Positions 37,440 through 51,400 are shown, counted from the stretch's first letter. The stretch: 64,000 bases of DNA from Tubulanus polymorphus (GCF_964204645.1 NC_134026.1:14170150-14234149), one strand, 5' to 3'. Made by a program: numbers and translations. The notes: generated by a model from the sequence alone, not told the origin.

Positions 37440-39030
37440 GTAGTCATCAATTAATTTCGGGTTAAGAATGTTTTCCTCGGGCTCAAAAGTTCATTCACTT
37501 TTATCATAACCTTCCTACAAAATTTTTAAGTGACGCTTTCCCCTAATGATCTTATCACCTAAAATCTCTTTGACGATATAAACATCATCGGGAATATCAA
37601 TTAAATCATTGTCTCTAAGCGATAAGTCCGTGTCAATTGGATCTCCATAATCATCTCCCTGGCTGCCGATAGGAAGATCCTCCCGGTGAATAAACCGTTT
37701 CAATCTATCTGCCGATACAGGACTTTTTAAATACTTTCCAGTTTTAGCACACTTAAGCTTGAACGTTGAGGGACCTAAGGCCTTGGCTATTTGAAAAGGC
37801 CCACGATACCGTTTATGTAGCTTTCTACTCAATCCCTTCTTAAAATTCGGAAAGAATACCCAACAATGATCTCCGACTATAAACTCAACTGGAGTAGCCT
37901 TTTTATCACTTTGCTTTTTAAATGCCGTTTGTGCAGTTAATATCCTTCCTTTGCTAACTTATAGACATATTTCAATTTATTCAGCGCTAATTCGACATGG
38001 GTATTTATATCATCCGGGTTCGCAGATGATTCGAGTAAAGCATAATCTAATGGAGTGTTAGGGTGTCTTAGAAACATGTATTGAACTAGAATTGTACGCA
38101 AATACGGCGGCACGCAAATATTTAGTCCAGTCAGTCTGTTTTTCTGAAACCATCATAGATATCAATGATTTGATCGATCTGTTTGTATCTTCACATAAAC
38201 CATTACATTTCGGTGCTTTACCTTGGCCAGCTTAAGTACTTCTTCGACAATATCACTCAAGAAATTACTACCCCGATCACTTAACAACTCTCTAGGAAAC
38301 GCATACCTCAGAAATATCTCATCATACATTACTTTCGCAATGGTTGCCGCGGTTATGTCCGAAACAGCAAACGCTTCGCAATATCGTGTAAAGTTACAAA
38401 CGAAAACAACGATTTGAGTAATTCTATCTGTACTTTGTTATGGGGCCCACACAATCGACTGATATTTTGACAAAAGGTCCATCGGGAATCTCCTGAGGCT
38501 GTAATGGAGCATGAATTTGTTAACTCGGTTTTTTTCGTTCATTACATTTGGGGCAACTTGATACAAAATGCGAAACGTCTCTGTATAAGTTCTTCCAGAA
38601 ATAATTCTGATATATTCTAGCATATGTTTTCGGTACGCCAAAATGGCCTGAAATATGTTCATCATGCATAAACCCCTAATTTCAACGATTCAGGTACAAC
38701 CAACTGCAGAAAATAATCCCCATTTTGATTCTTTGCTGGTTTTTGGAATATGATACAAGACCCCTTTCTCGTTCAAAGTATACTGATCCGCTTGAAGCAG
38801 AACTATCCTAGCCTGGGACTGATCCGGCGGCAATAGGCCGTCACGCAAATATGAAATATTAGCTAAATTATCGTCCTTCATCTGTTCATAAAGAACAGCG
38901 TCTACACCTATTTGGTTCAATCCACATGACCTTTCAAATACCATTCTACTCAATCCATCTGCATTTCCATGAACGCGCCCAGGTTTGTGTATAATTTGAA
39001 AATCATACTCATACTCCGTGATCCGTAGTT
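37440..39030 (-). pseudogene. Gypsy pol C-terminus: RNaseH end, integrase, GPF motif, chromodomain
   Basis: EYDFQIIHKPGRVHGNADGLSR; FTRYCEAFAV; FPRELLSDRGSNF; PKCNGLCE; AVFAYN; KLHKRYRGPFQI; YIVKEILGDK...TFEPEENILNPKLI. Confidence 0.9.
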
Positions 39031-39041
39031 TTGTCGAGTAG

Positions 39042-39550
39042 AAACAGTTTCCATCTTCGTATTCGTGTGTACGTGTCTTATTCCCGCAGCACATCCTAAA
39101 TACGTGTATTTGTGTGTGTGTGTGTCCTTATATGTATTGATAGAGCTGTGTTCTAGATCTGTAGTAAACACTTAAGCAGTGGTGATATGTCTATCTCCTC
39201 TACGAGTCGATTGTTTTGCCGTTGCATTAGGACATTGCTCGAGTGGACGCAACTGAGGAATTTTTATAGCCTTGTGCCGTATACACAGGTTAAAGCATCA
39301 TATACGAGGCATTATTCGACTAGTAACAGGAACACTGCTAAACGGATTAACTTGAAACTTGAAATGTACGTAATACAGGTTCACCTTGAGGTAAGTCTAA
39401 GGTTTATTTGATTGTTGAACCCTTTTACCCACCAGGGGGTTTTTTACTTTTGTAAAGTATGACATCGAAAAAAGTACTTTGTAGGAAACTTTTTGTCCAG
39501 CGCTGCGGGAATAAGACACGTACACACGAATACGAAGATGGAAACTGTTT
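39042..39550. mobile_element. MITE with perfect 49-bp TIRs
   Basis: AAACAGTTTCCATCTTCGTATTCGTGTGTACGTGTCTTATTCCCGCAGC (39042-39090) is exactly inverted at 39502-39550. No TSD is evident. Confidence 0.9.
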
Positions 39551-39904
39551 GAACCGGGCTTAAATTTCGATGTTTAGAGGCTCACATTGAGTAAACAGTG
39601 GAATTCTGATCAATAATAAGAACAGTATTTGTCAATGCAGCGTAGATAAAGGAAGTAAGTTGTAGTCGTTTATATGATTTCAGTAAGTTCTAGTGTGAAT
39701 AAGAATATAATGATAACGATGATACATTTTAATCAGTAAGAGTTACAATAGGATTTATGCGAAAGCAGCAGAAACACTAAAAATAATCAGTATAATTACA
39801 AAAGGCATTCTGCGAAAGCGGCAGACACCCTAATAATAATGATAATAATAATCAGTTGAATTACAAGAGGGTTTCTGCGAAAGCAACAGAAACCCTAAAC
39901 ATAA

Positions 39905-41135
39905 TGATACACCGGCCACAATCCTCTCCTTAGTCGATGATTAATAAATGCGTTGGTAGGTCCCTGGCAGAGAACGTGTCCGTGCACAAACCCAAGTAAA
40001 AACTAAAATGCCGGAAATTTAACTGAATATAATAAAAATAAAACGAATTTAATTTACCTTGATAGTTAATCTAAGCTTTCCAGTTATAACACAGTCCAGT
40101 TCCTAACTCTTAAGTTCCTATTGTACTCTCCTGCTCGTAACCCGTCCTGAATCAAGTCCCAATCAAGTTTCTATCAAGTATCTATCGAGTGTCTATCGAG
40201 TGTCTACTCTCCCAAGACTGCGGGCCCCTTTTATAGAAAGATCAGCATTCCTAGAATACCGACTATCCGACTGGCAAGGAGCAGCAACTTAACTGTCATG
40301 ACTATTTTGGTCATGTAGAATTTAGCCTTAATGATTGGCTAATCTAAAATTATTTGAGAAACTGATTTGCCAAACTAAATTTTCTTTTGCCAACCTTCCT
40401 GTCATGACGCGGAATGATTTACTTACTCCTTGCCTATCATTGTTGAGAGAACAGCCATTTTCTGCGAGTTACCATCAGACATATACAACAACAGAAACTT
40501 TAGAGAGCTAGTATTAACACAAATTAATCTTCATAAAACTTTAGCGATTATAGAGATTTTGTTTTTAATTAACATCCAGGATACTCAAATTGAATATATT
40601 TTCAAAACTTTAGTATTCGTCTCAAATTACGGTAATGCTCAGTTTCTTTTTTGAATTATTAAAAATAATTTTGATTCGGAACTTCATTATGATCAATTAT
40701 CATTGTGAAAATAATTCTATAACTGTTATACTAATTTTATTACAATACGGGATAAAGAAAAACAACAATGTCTCCCCATACTTCCGTTTTTATTTTTATA
40801 GAAAGTAGTCGGGAGTATCATGAAGTAACAGCGTGATCCTTTCACCAGCCACATTATTAATGCACCCCATTGTTCCGACCCAACCAAATACGGTTCCGTC
40901 TATTCTTATGTTTATAAACAGATTTCTGAATGTTTGCCAGATATCGCAGCGGAAGAACTGAGGAAGATTGATTTTTTACCAGCCTGATTTATGGTCAGCG
41001 CTGATAGATTAAAGCATCAAACAACAACTTGCTTACTACATTGTTTGTTGTCTGACACTCATTAACCACCAACGCATACAGGAAATTAATTAACATTACA
41101 AACTTTTTCTAGCTACTACGAAATCTTGCTGCGGA
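39905..41135 (-). repeat. Long LTR-like repeat, family X, copy 2
   Basis: Direct-orientation homologue of 30678-31950, cut at ~41136 by a HINE end. Confidence 0.7.
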
Positions 41136-41136
41136 T

Positions 41137-42400
41137 AAATAGCTGCAAAGCAGCGATAACGGGTTGTTTGCATAGTCTGTACGTATGCTTGATCTTGTCT
41201 GGATACTGCATACTGACGCAGCCCAACTACGCTATTCAAAATGAAGGGAATTTCAAATCCTGTTCACCGGTCAACACGGCTTCATAAATGGATTGTCTAC
41301 AAATAGTCAATTAGATCTACTTTGAAACCATTGATGACTCGATCAGATGTTATTTGACATTAGGCCTAAATTAGTCTTTATGGATTTCGAAAAAGCATTT
41401 GATAAGGTACAACATCAGCGATTACTGAACAAGCTATTTGAAACGATACCAATGATGGGTCGCTTAAATGGCTCAGCAGATTTCTCCGGCCCATATCAAA
41501 GGAACTGTCTAATCTTTGAAAGAAGTAGGTCTAACTAGTGGAATCACTCAAGGTAGCATCCTAAGTTGTCTTTTTTCACTGTCCTAATTAGTGAGTAATC
41601 GAAAATGTGCAGGACCAAGTAAATTTCCTAAACGACCTGAACAATCTGTGTTCAGTACGTGGTCAGAAACATGGAAGATGAGCTTCAACCTGTAAAAGGC
41701 ATAATATGGGTATTGGATACGAAGAGAACCCAAGTTCATATCATACCTGGAGTGGGAAGATTACTATGAGTTACTATTACTATTGAAGATTACTTTGAAT
41801 ATCACATTGCAACGAAAAGACAATTATGTTCCACAGTTTTTTTTCTTTTGAATGAAAAACTTTTCGATCGAACAATGAACTTGATCGAATGAATAACTTA
41901 AAAGCTATGTTATTGCTCGAACAAAAAACTTTCTGTTCCAACAAAAAAAAATTTGTTGAGCGAAAACAATTTTGTTCAAACGATTTTTTCAAAAAGTCTT
42001 GTTCATAGAAATCAATCTGAAAAAAGGCATAAAATGAATATTGGATAGCGATAACGGGTTTTCTGCAGTCTTAGAATCCTGTTCAACGGTGGATTTCAAC
42101 AAAGCATTTGATAAGGCTCAACATCAGCCATTACTAAAGAGGCTATTAGGAAACAGTATCAATGATAGGTCGCCCAAATGGCTCAGCAGTTATCTCTGAA
42201 CGGAAACTTGTAACCGAAATCAACGGGACGCCTCATCTTGGAATGAGACGGTCTAACTAGTGGAGTCACGCAAGGTAGTATCCTAAGTCGTCTTCTGTTT
42301 AATGTCCTGACAAATGACATACACAGTAATCCAAAATATACCAGACCGAGTAAATTTCCAAAACGACCTTAACACACTGTTCGACCAAAAAACTTAATGT
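41137..42400. mobile_element. HINE end carrying two tandem decayed CR1-type RT fragments
   Basis: AAATAGCTGCAAAGCAGCGATAACGGGTT matches the HINE end at 17886. VFMDFEKAFDKVQHQRLLNKL and SG(I/V)TQGSIL occur at both ~41370-41570 and ~42090-42290. Confidence 0.65.
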
Positions 42401-42401
42401 T

Positions 42402-45400
42402 CCGACAAAACCAAAATTATGAATTGTCGCGGGTGACAAAACCAAAATATTGAATTGTCACGGGCGACAAAACCAAAATAATGAATTGTCGCGGGCGATA
42501 AAACCACAATAATGAATTGTCGCGGGCGTTAAAACCAAAATATTGAATTGTTGCGGCGATAAAACAAAAATAATGAATTGTCGCGGACGACAAAAACAAA
42601 ATATTGAATTGTTGCGTGCGACAAAACCAAAAAAAGAATTGTCGGGGCGACAAACCAAAATAATGAATTGTCGCGGGCGATAAATCCGTAATAATGAATT
42701 GTCGCGGGCGATAAAACCAAAATAATGAATTTTCTCAGGCGACAAAACCGAAATAATGAATTATCGCGGGCGATAAAACCAAAAAAATGAATTGTCGCGG
42801 ACGACAAAACCAAACTAGGGGTCCAGGGACACCATGCTCACTTGGGAAGTGGTTTCAAATGCTCAACAATCTAACAATTTCAATACATAACGCCCTCTAG
42901 TGACCATATACAAAAACCAATGACCTTGAAACCCACCACAATCATAGAACATGTGAGCAGCTATGATTTTGTAATTGATTGTGATAACAAAATATGCCTC
43001 GTTACCAATTTAATAAGGAAATACTAAGTTATTCTACTATTCAACGCCCCTGGTGACCATATGCAAAACCCAATGACCTTAAAACTCACCACAATCGTAG
43101 AACATGTCATGAAATACAACTTTGCAATTGATCATAGTAACAAAATATGCCTAGGTACCAATCTAATAAGGAAATACTAAGCCATTCTACTATTCAACGC
43201 CCCCTGGTGACTATATGGAATAACTAATGTCCTTAAAAACTCACCACAATCATAGACGATGTCATGATCTACAACTTCGCAATGGATCATGGTAACAAAC
43301 TATGCCTAGGTACCAATCTAATAAGGAAAAACTAAGCTTTTCTACTATTCAACGTCCCCTGGTGACTATATGGAATAACTAATGTCCTTAAGAACTCACC
43401 ACAATCATAGACGATGTCATGAACTACAACTTTGCAATTGATCATGGTAACAAAATATGCCTTGGTACAAATATAATATAGCAATACTAAATTATTGTAT
43501 TATTCAACGCCCCCTGATGGCCACATACTAAAACCAATGACCTTGAAACTCACCAAAATCATAGAAAACGTTATGGGCTACAACTTTCCAATTGAATGTA
43601 GTAACACAATATGCTTAGGTATCAATTAAATGTGGAAAAACTTTTTCCCACCTACGAATGAGTACTGATGACACCAAAATGGCCGCCAATTGCGTCATAA
43701 TTGGCTGATCAAAAATACCAGTCCCAGGTATAAAACATCCCTCTCTAAAGAATACCCATCAGCAGTTGCAATGAGAAATGGCAAACCAGTAGGAAGCTAC
43801 AGGACCTAGAATTCTGGTCAAAATTGACATTTTTGGGCACTAAAAAGGTCATAGGACGGCCATCTTGAGTCAGATCGACCCAATTTTCTTATGCTGATGG
43901 GCCTTTGGTCGATTCAAATATAAACGAAAGATCAAGGTAATTGATCAAAGCGTCTTCAAAATTTCCCCATGAAAACTTCGAAAACGTTTAAAAAGTGCTG
44001 ATTTTGGCTAACAACAATGGCTGCCAGTCGGCCATCTTGAATCTGACAGGGCCAGTTTTTGGGCTGACGATGCGTCTAGGGTAGATACATGTATAAACCA
44101 AATATCAAGACATTACCTTGAAGCGTCTTCAAAACTTCCCAAAATAACTGGATTCCGTCTATGGACGGACGGACGGACGAAAAGTGAACACAACAGCCCG
44201 CTGGGACTAAAGTCCCAAGTGGACTGAAAAAGAATTGTCGCGGGCGACAAAACCAAACTAATGAATTGTCGCGGGTGATAAAACCAAAATATTGAATTTT
44301 CGCGGGCGACAAAACCAAACTAATGAATTATCTCGGGCGATAAAACCAAAATATTGAATTTTCGCGGGCGACAAAACCAAAAAAAAACTTGTCGCGGGCG
44401 ACAAAAACAAAGTATAAAACCAAAATAATGAATTGTCGCAGGTGTCAAAACCAAAAACAAGAATTGTTGCGGGCGACAAAACCAAAATAATGAATTGTCG
44501 CTGGAGATAAATCCAAAGTAATGACTTGTCGTGGGCAATAAAACCAAAATATTGAATTGTTGCGGGCGACAAAACCAAACTAATGAATTGTCGCGGGCGA
44601 CAAAACCAAAATATTGAATTGTCGCGGGCGACAAAACCAAAATATTGAATTGTCGCGGGCGACAAAACCAAACTAATGAATTGTCGCGGGCGACAAAACC
44701 AAAAAAGAATTGTCGGGGCGACAAAACCAAAATAATGAATTGTCGCGGGCGACAAACCAAAATGGTGAATTGTCCAGGCGACAAAACCAAAATAATGAAT
44801 TGTCGCGGGCGATAAAACCAAAATAATGAATTGTCGCGGGCGATAAAACTAAAATAATGAATTGTCTCGGGCGACAAAACCAAAATAATGAATTGTCGCG
44901 GGCGATAAAACCAAAATAATGAATTGTCGCGGGCGATAAAACCAAAATACTGAATTGTCGCGGGCGATAAAACCAAAATAATGAATTGTCGCGGGCGACA
45001 AAACCAAAATATTGAATTGTCGCGGGCGACAAAACCAAAATATTGAATTGTCGCGGGCGACAAAACCAAAATATTGAATTGTCGCGGGCCACAAAACCAA
45101 ACTAATGAATTGTCGCGGGCAACAAAACCAAAAAAAAAGAATTGTCGCGGCGACAAAACCAAAATAATGAATTGTCGTGGGCAATAAATCCGTAATAATG
45201 AATTGTCGCGGGCGATAAAACCAAAATAATGAATTTTCTCAGGCGACAAAACCGAAATAATGAATTATCGCGGGCGATAAAACCAAAATATTGAATTGTC
45301 GCAGGCGATTAAACCAAAATATTGAATTGTCGCAGGCGACAAAACCAAAAAATAAAATTGTCACGGGCGACAAAAACAAAATATAAAACCAAAATAATGA

Positions 45401-48400
45401 ATTGTCGCGGGCGACAAAACCAAAAAGAAGAATTGTCGGGGTGACAAAACCAAAATAATGCATTTTCGCTGGCGATAAAACCAAAGTAATGAATTGTCGT
45501 GGGCGATAAAACCAAAATAATGAATTGTCGGGGTGACAAAACCAAAATAATGAATTGTCGCGGGCGACTAAACCAAAATAATGAATTGTCGCGGGCGATA
45601 AAACCGTAATAATGAATTGTCGCGGGCGATAAAACCAAAATAATGAATTTTCTCAGGCGACAAAACCAAAATAATGAATTATCGCGGGCGAAAAAAACCA
45701 AAATATTGAATTGTCACAGGCGATAAAACCAAAATATTGAATTCTCGCGGGTGACAAAACCAAAAAAGAAAATTGTCACGGGCGACAAAAACAAAATATA
45801 AAACCAAAATAATGAATTGTCGCGGGCGTCAAAACCAAAAACAAGAATTGTCGCGGGCGACAAAACCAAAATAATGAATTGTCGCTGAAGATAAATCCAA
45901 AGTAATGACTTGTCGTGGGCGACAAAACCAAAATATGGAATTGTCGCGGGCGACAAAACCAAACTAATGAATTGTCGCGGGCAACAAAACCAAACTAATG
46001 AATTGTCGCGGGCGACAAAACCAAAAAAGAATTGTCGGGGCGACAAAACCAAAATAATGAATTGTCGCGGGCGATAAAACTAAAATAATGAATTGTCTCG
46101 GGCGATAAAACCAAAATAATGAATTGTCGCGGGCGACAAAACCATAATGGTGAATTGTCCAGGCGACAAAACCAAAATAATGAATTGTCGCGGGCGATAA
46201 AACTAAAATAATGAATTGTCTCGGGCGATAAAACCAAAATATTGAATTGTCGCGGGCCACAAAACCAAACTAATGAATTGTCGCGGGCAACAAACCAAAA
46301 TGGTGAATTGTCCAGGCGACAAAACCAAAATGGTGAATTGTCGCGGGCAACAAAACCAAAATAATGAATTGTCTCGGGCGACAAAACCAAAATAATGAAT
46401 TGTCGCGGGTGATAAAACCAAAATAATGAATTATCGCGGGCGATAAAACCAAAATACTGAATTGTCGCGGGCGATAAAACCAAAATACTGAATTGTCGCG
46501 GGCGACAAAACCAAAATAATGAATTGTCGTGGGCGATAAATCCGTAATAATGAATTGTCGCGGGCGATAAAACCAAAATAATGAATTTTCTCAGGCGACA
46601 AAACCGAAATAATGAATTATCGCAGCGATAAAACCAAAATATTGAATTGTCGCAGGCGATTAAACCAAAATATTGAATTGTCGCAGGCGACAAAACCAAA
46701 AAATAAAATTGTCACGGGCGACAAAAACAAAATATAAAACCAAAATAATGAATTGTCGCGGGCGACAAAACCAAAAAGAAGAATTGTCGGGGTGACAAAA
46801 CCAAAATAATGCATTTTCGCTGGCGATAAAACCAAAGTAATGAATTGTCGTGGGCGATAAAACCAAAATAATGAATTGTCGGGGTGACAAAATCAAAATA
46901 ATGAATTTGCGCGGGCGACTAAACCAAAATAATGAATTGTCGCGGGCGATAAAACCGTAATAATGAATTGTCGCGGGCGATAAAACCAAAATAATGAATT
47001 TTCTCAGGCGACAAAACCAAAATAATGAATTATCGCGGGCGAAAAAAACCAAAATATTGAATTGTCACAGGCGATAAAACCAAAATATTGAATTCTCGCG
47101 GGTGACAAAACCAAAAAAGAAAATTGTCACGGGCGACAAAAACAAAATATAAAACCAAAATAATGAATTGTCGCGGGCGTCAAAACCAAAAACAAGAATT
47201 GTCGCGGGCGACAAAACCAAAATAATGAATTGTCGCTGAAGATAAATCCAAAGTAATGACTTGTCGTGGGCGACAAAACCAAAATATGGAATTGTCGCGG
47301 GCGACAAAACCAAACTAATGAATTGTCGCGGGCAACAAAACCAAACTAATGAATTGTCGCGGGCGACAAAACCAAAAAAGAATTGTCGGGGCGACAAAAC
47401 CAAAATAATGAATTGTCGCGGGCGATAAAACTAAAATAATGAATTGTCTCGGGCGATAAAACCAAAATAATGAATTGTCGCGGGCGACAAAACCAAAATG
47501 GTGAATTGTCCAGGCGACAAAACCAAAATAATGAATTGTCGCGGGCGATAAAACTAAAATAATGAATTTTCTCGGGCGATAAAACCAAAATATTGAATTG
47601 TCGCGGGCCACAAAACCAAACTAATGAATTGTCGCGGGCAACAAACCAAAATGGTGAATTGTCCAGGCGACAAAACCAAAATGGTGAATTGTCGCGGGCA
47701 ACAAAACCAAAATAATGAATTGTCGCGGGCGATAAAACCAAAATATTGAATTGTCGCAGGCGATTAAACCAAAATATTGAATTGTCGCAGGCGACAAAAC
47801 CAAAAAATAAAATTGTCACGGGCGACAAAAACAAAATATAAAACCAAAATAATGAATTGTCGGGGTGACAAAACCAAAATAATGAATTGTCGCGGGCGAC
47901 TAAACCAAAATAATGAATTGTCGCGGGCGATAAAACCGTAATAATGAATTGTCGCGGGCGATAAAACCAAAATAATGAATTTTCTCAGGCGACAAGACCA
48001 AAATAATGAATTATCGCGGGCGAAAAAAACCAAAATATTGAATTGTCACAGGCGATAAAACCAAAATATTGAATTTTCGCGGGTGACAAAACAAAAAAAG
48101 AAAATTGTCACGGGCGACAAAGACAAAATATAAAACCAAAATAATGAATTGTCGCGGGCGACAAAACCAAAAAGAAGAATTGTCGGGGGCGACAAAACCA
48201 AAATAATGCATTGTCGCTGGCGATAAAACCAAAGTATAAAACCAAAATAATGAATTGTCGCAGGCGTCAAAACCAAAAACAAGAATTGTCGCGGGCGACA
48301 AAACCAAAATAATGAATTGTCGCTGGAGATAAATCCAAAGTAATGACTTGTCGTGGGCGACAAAACCAAAATATTGAATTGTTGCGGGCGACAAAACCAA

Positions 48401-51400
48401 ACTAATGAATTGTCGCGGGCAACAAAACCAAACTAATGAATTGTCGCGGGCGACAAAAACCAAAAAAGAATTGTCGGGGCGACAAAACCAAAATAATGAA
48501 TTGTCGCGGGCGATAAAACTAAAATAATGAATTGTCTCGGGCGATAAAACCAAAATAATGAATTGTCGCGGGCGACAAAACCAAAATGGTGAATTGTCCA
48601 GGCGACAAAACCAAAATAATGAATTGTCGCGGGCGATAAAACTAAAATAATGAATTGTCTTGGGCGATAAAACCAAAATAATGAACTGTCGCGGGCGACA
48701 AAACCAAAATGGTGAATTGTCCAGGCGACAAAACCAAAATGGTGAATTGTCGCGGGCGACAAAACCAAAATAAAGAATTGTCGCGGGCGATAAAACTAAA
48801 ATAATGAATTGTCTCGGGCGATAAAACCAAAATAATGAATTGTCGCGGGCAACAAAACCAAAATATTGAATTTTCGCGGGCGACAAAACCAAAAAAAAAC
48901 TTGTCGCGGGCGACAAAAACAAAGTATAAAACCAAAATAATGAATTGTCGCAGGCGTCAAAACCAAAAACAAGAATTATCGCGGGCGATAAAACCGTAAT
49001 AATGAATTGTCGCGGGCGATATAACCAAAATAATGAATTTTCTCAGGCGACAAAACCAAATTAATGAATTATCGCGGGCGAAAAAAACCAAAATATTGAA
49101 TTGTCACAGGCGATAAAACCAAAATATTGAATTGTCACAGGCGATAAAACCAAAATATTGAATTCTCGCGGTTGACAAAACCAAAAAAGAAAATTGTCAC
49201 GGGCGACAAAAACAAAATATAAAACCAAAATAATAAATTGTCGCGGGCGACAAAACCAAAAAGAAGAATTGTCGGGGGCGACATAACCAAAATAATGCAT
49301 TGTCGCTGGCGATAAAACCAAAGTATAAAACCAAAATAATGAATTGTCCCAGGCGTCAAAACCAAAAACAAGAATTGTCGCGGGCGACAAAACCAAAATA
49401 ATGAATTGTCGCTGGAGATAAATCCAAAGTAATGATTTGTCGTGGGCGACAAAACCAAAATATTGAATTGTCGCGGGCAACAAAACCAAACTAATGAATT
49501 GTCGCGGGCGACAAAACCAAACTAATGAATTGTCGCGGGCGACAAAACCAAAAAAGAATTGTCGGGGCGACAAAACCAAAATAATGAATTGTCGCGGGCG
49601 ATAAAACTAAAATAATGAATTGTCTCGGGCGATAAAACCAAAATAATGAATTGTCGCAGGCGACAAAACCAAAATGGTGAATTGTCCAGGCGACAAAACC
49701 AAAATAATGAATTGTCGCGGGCGATAAAACTAAAATAATGAATTGTCTCGGGCGATAAAACCAAAATAATGAATTGTCGCGGGCGACAAAACCAAAATGG
49801 TGAATTGTCCAGGCGACAAAACCAAAATGGTGAATTGTCGCGGGCGACAAAACCAAAATAATGAATTGTCGCGGGCGATAAAACTAAAATAATGAATTGT
49901 CTCGGGCGATAAAACCAAAATAATGAATTGTCTCGGGCGATAAAACCAAAATAATGAATTGTCGCGGGCGACAAAACCAAAAAAATTGTCGCGGGTGACA
50001 AAAACAAAGTATAAAACCAAAATAATGAATTGTCGCAGGCGTCAAAACCAAAAACAAGAATTGTCGCTGGAGATAAATCCAAAGTAATGACTTGTCGTGG
50101 GCGATAAAACCAAAATATTGAATTGTCGCAGGCGATAAAACCAAAATAATGAATTGTCGCGGGCAACAAAACAAAAATATTGAATTTTCGCGGGCGACAA
50201 AACCAAAAAAAACTTGTCGCGGTTGACAAAAACAAAATATAAAACCAAAATAATGAATTGCCGCGGGCGACAAAACCAAAAAGAAGAATTGTCGGGGCGA
50301 CAAAACCAAAATAATGCATTTTCGCTGGCTATAAAACCAAAGTAATGAATTGTCGTGGGCGATAAAACCAAACTAATGAATTGTCGCGGGCGACAAAACC
50401 AAAAAAAGAATTGTCGGGGCGACAAAACCAAAATAATGAATTGTCTCGTGCGATAAATCCGTAATAATGAATTTTCGCGGGCGATAAAACCAAAATAATG
50501 AATTTTCTCAGGCGACAAAACTGAAATAATGAATTATCGCGGGCGATAAAACCAAAATATTGAATTGTCGCAGGCGATAAAACCAAAATATTGAATTGTC
50601 GCAGGCGACAAAACCAAAAAAGAAAATTGTCACGGGCGACAAAAACAAAATATAAAACCAAAATAATGAATTGTCGCGGGCGACAAAACCAAAAAGAAGA
50701 ATTGTCGGGGCGACAAAACCAAAATAATGTATTTTCGCTGGCGATAAAACCAAAGTAATGAATTTTCGTGGGCGATAAAACCAAAATAATGAATTGTCGG
50801 GGTGACAAAACCAAAATAATGAATTGTTGCGGGCGACAAAACCAAAATGGTGAATTGTCCAGGCGACAAAACCAAAATGGTGAATTGTCGCGGGCGACAA
50901 AACCAAAATAATGAATTGTCGCGGGCGATAAAACCAAAATTATGAATTGTCGCGGGTGATAAAACCAAAATAATGAATTGTCGCGGGCGATAAAACTAAA
51001 ATAATGAATTGTCTCGGGCGACAAAACCAAAATAATGCATTTTCGCTGGCGATAAAACCAAAGTAATGAATTGTCGTGGGCGATAAAACCAAAATAATGA
51101 ATTGTCGGGGTGACAAAACCAAAATAATGAATTGTCGCGGGCGACTAAACCAAAATAATGAATTGTCGCGGGCGATAAAACCGTAATAATGAATTGTCGC
51201 GGGCGATAAAACCAAAATAATGAATTTTCTCAGGCGACAAAACCAAAATAATGAATTATCGCGGGCGAAAAAAACCAAAATATTGAATTGTCACAGGCGA
51301 TAAAACCAAAATATTGAATTCTCGCGGGTGACAAAACCAAAAAAGAAAATTGTCACGGGCGACAAAAACAAAATATAAAACCAAAATAATGAATTGTCGC

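Larger units (their letters stand above)
34010..39030 (-). mobile_element. Env-class Gypsy/Ty3 provirus, 3' half (RNaseH end, integrase, chromodomain, env, LTR)
   Basis: See the component features. All lie on the minus strand in canonical order. Confidence 0.85.

Noticed and set aside
30678-41135. Family-X repeats as the paired LTRs of the env provirus
   Set aside because: They flank it in the right orientation, but a separate TGTGA...TCACA LTR-like unit directly follows env, no PBS follows the 39905 copy, and a third copy lies elsewhere. Not fully excluded.
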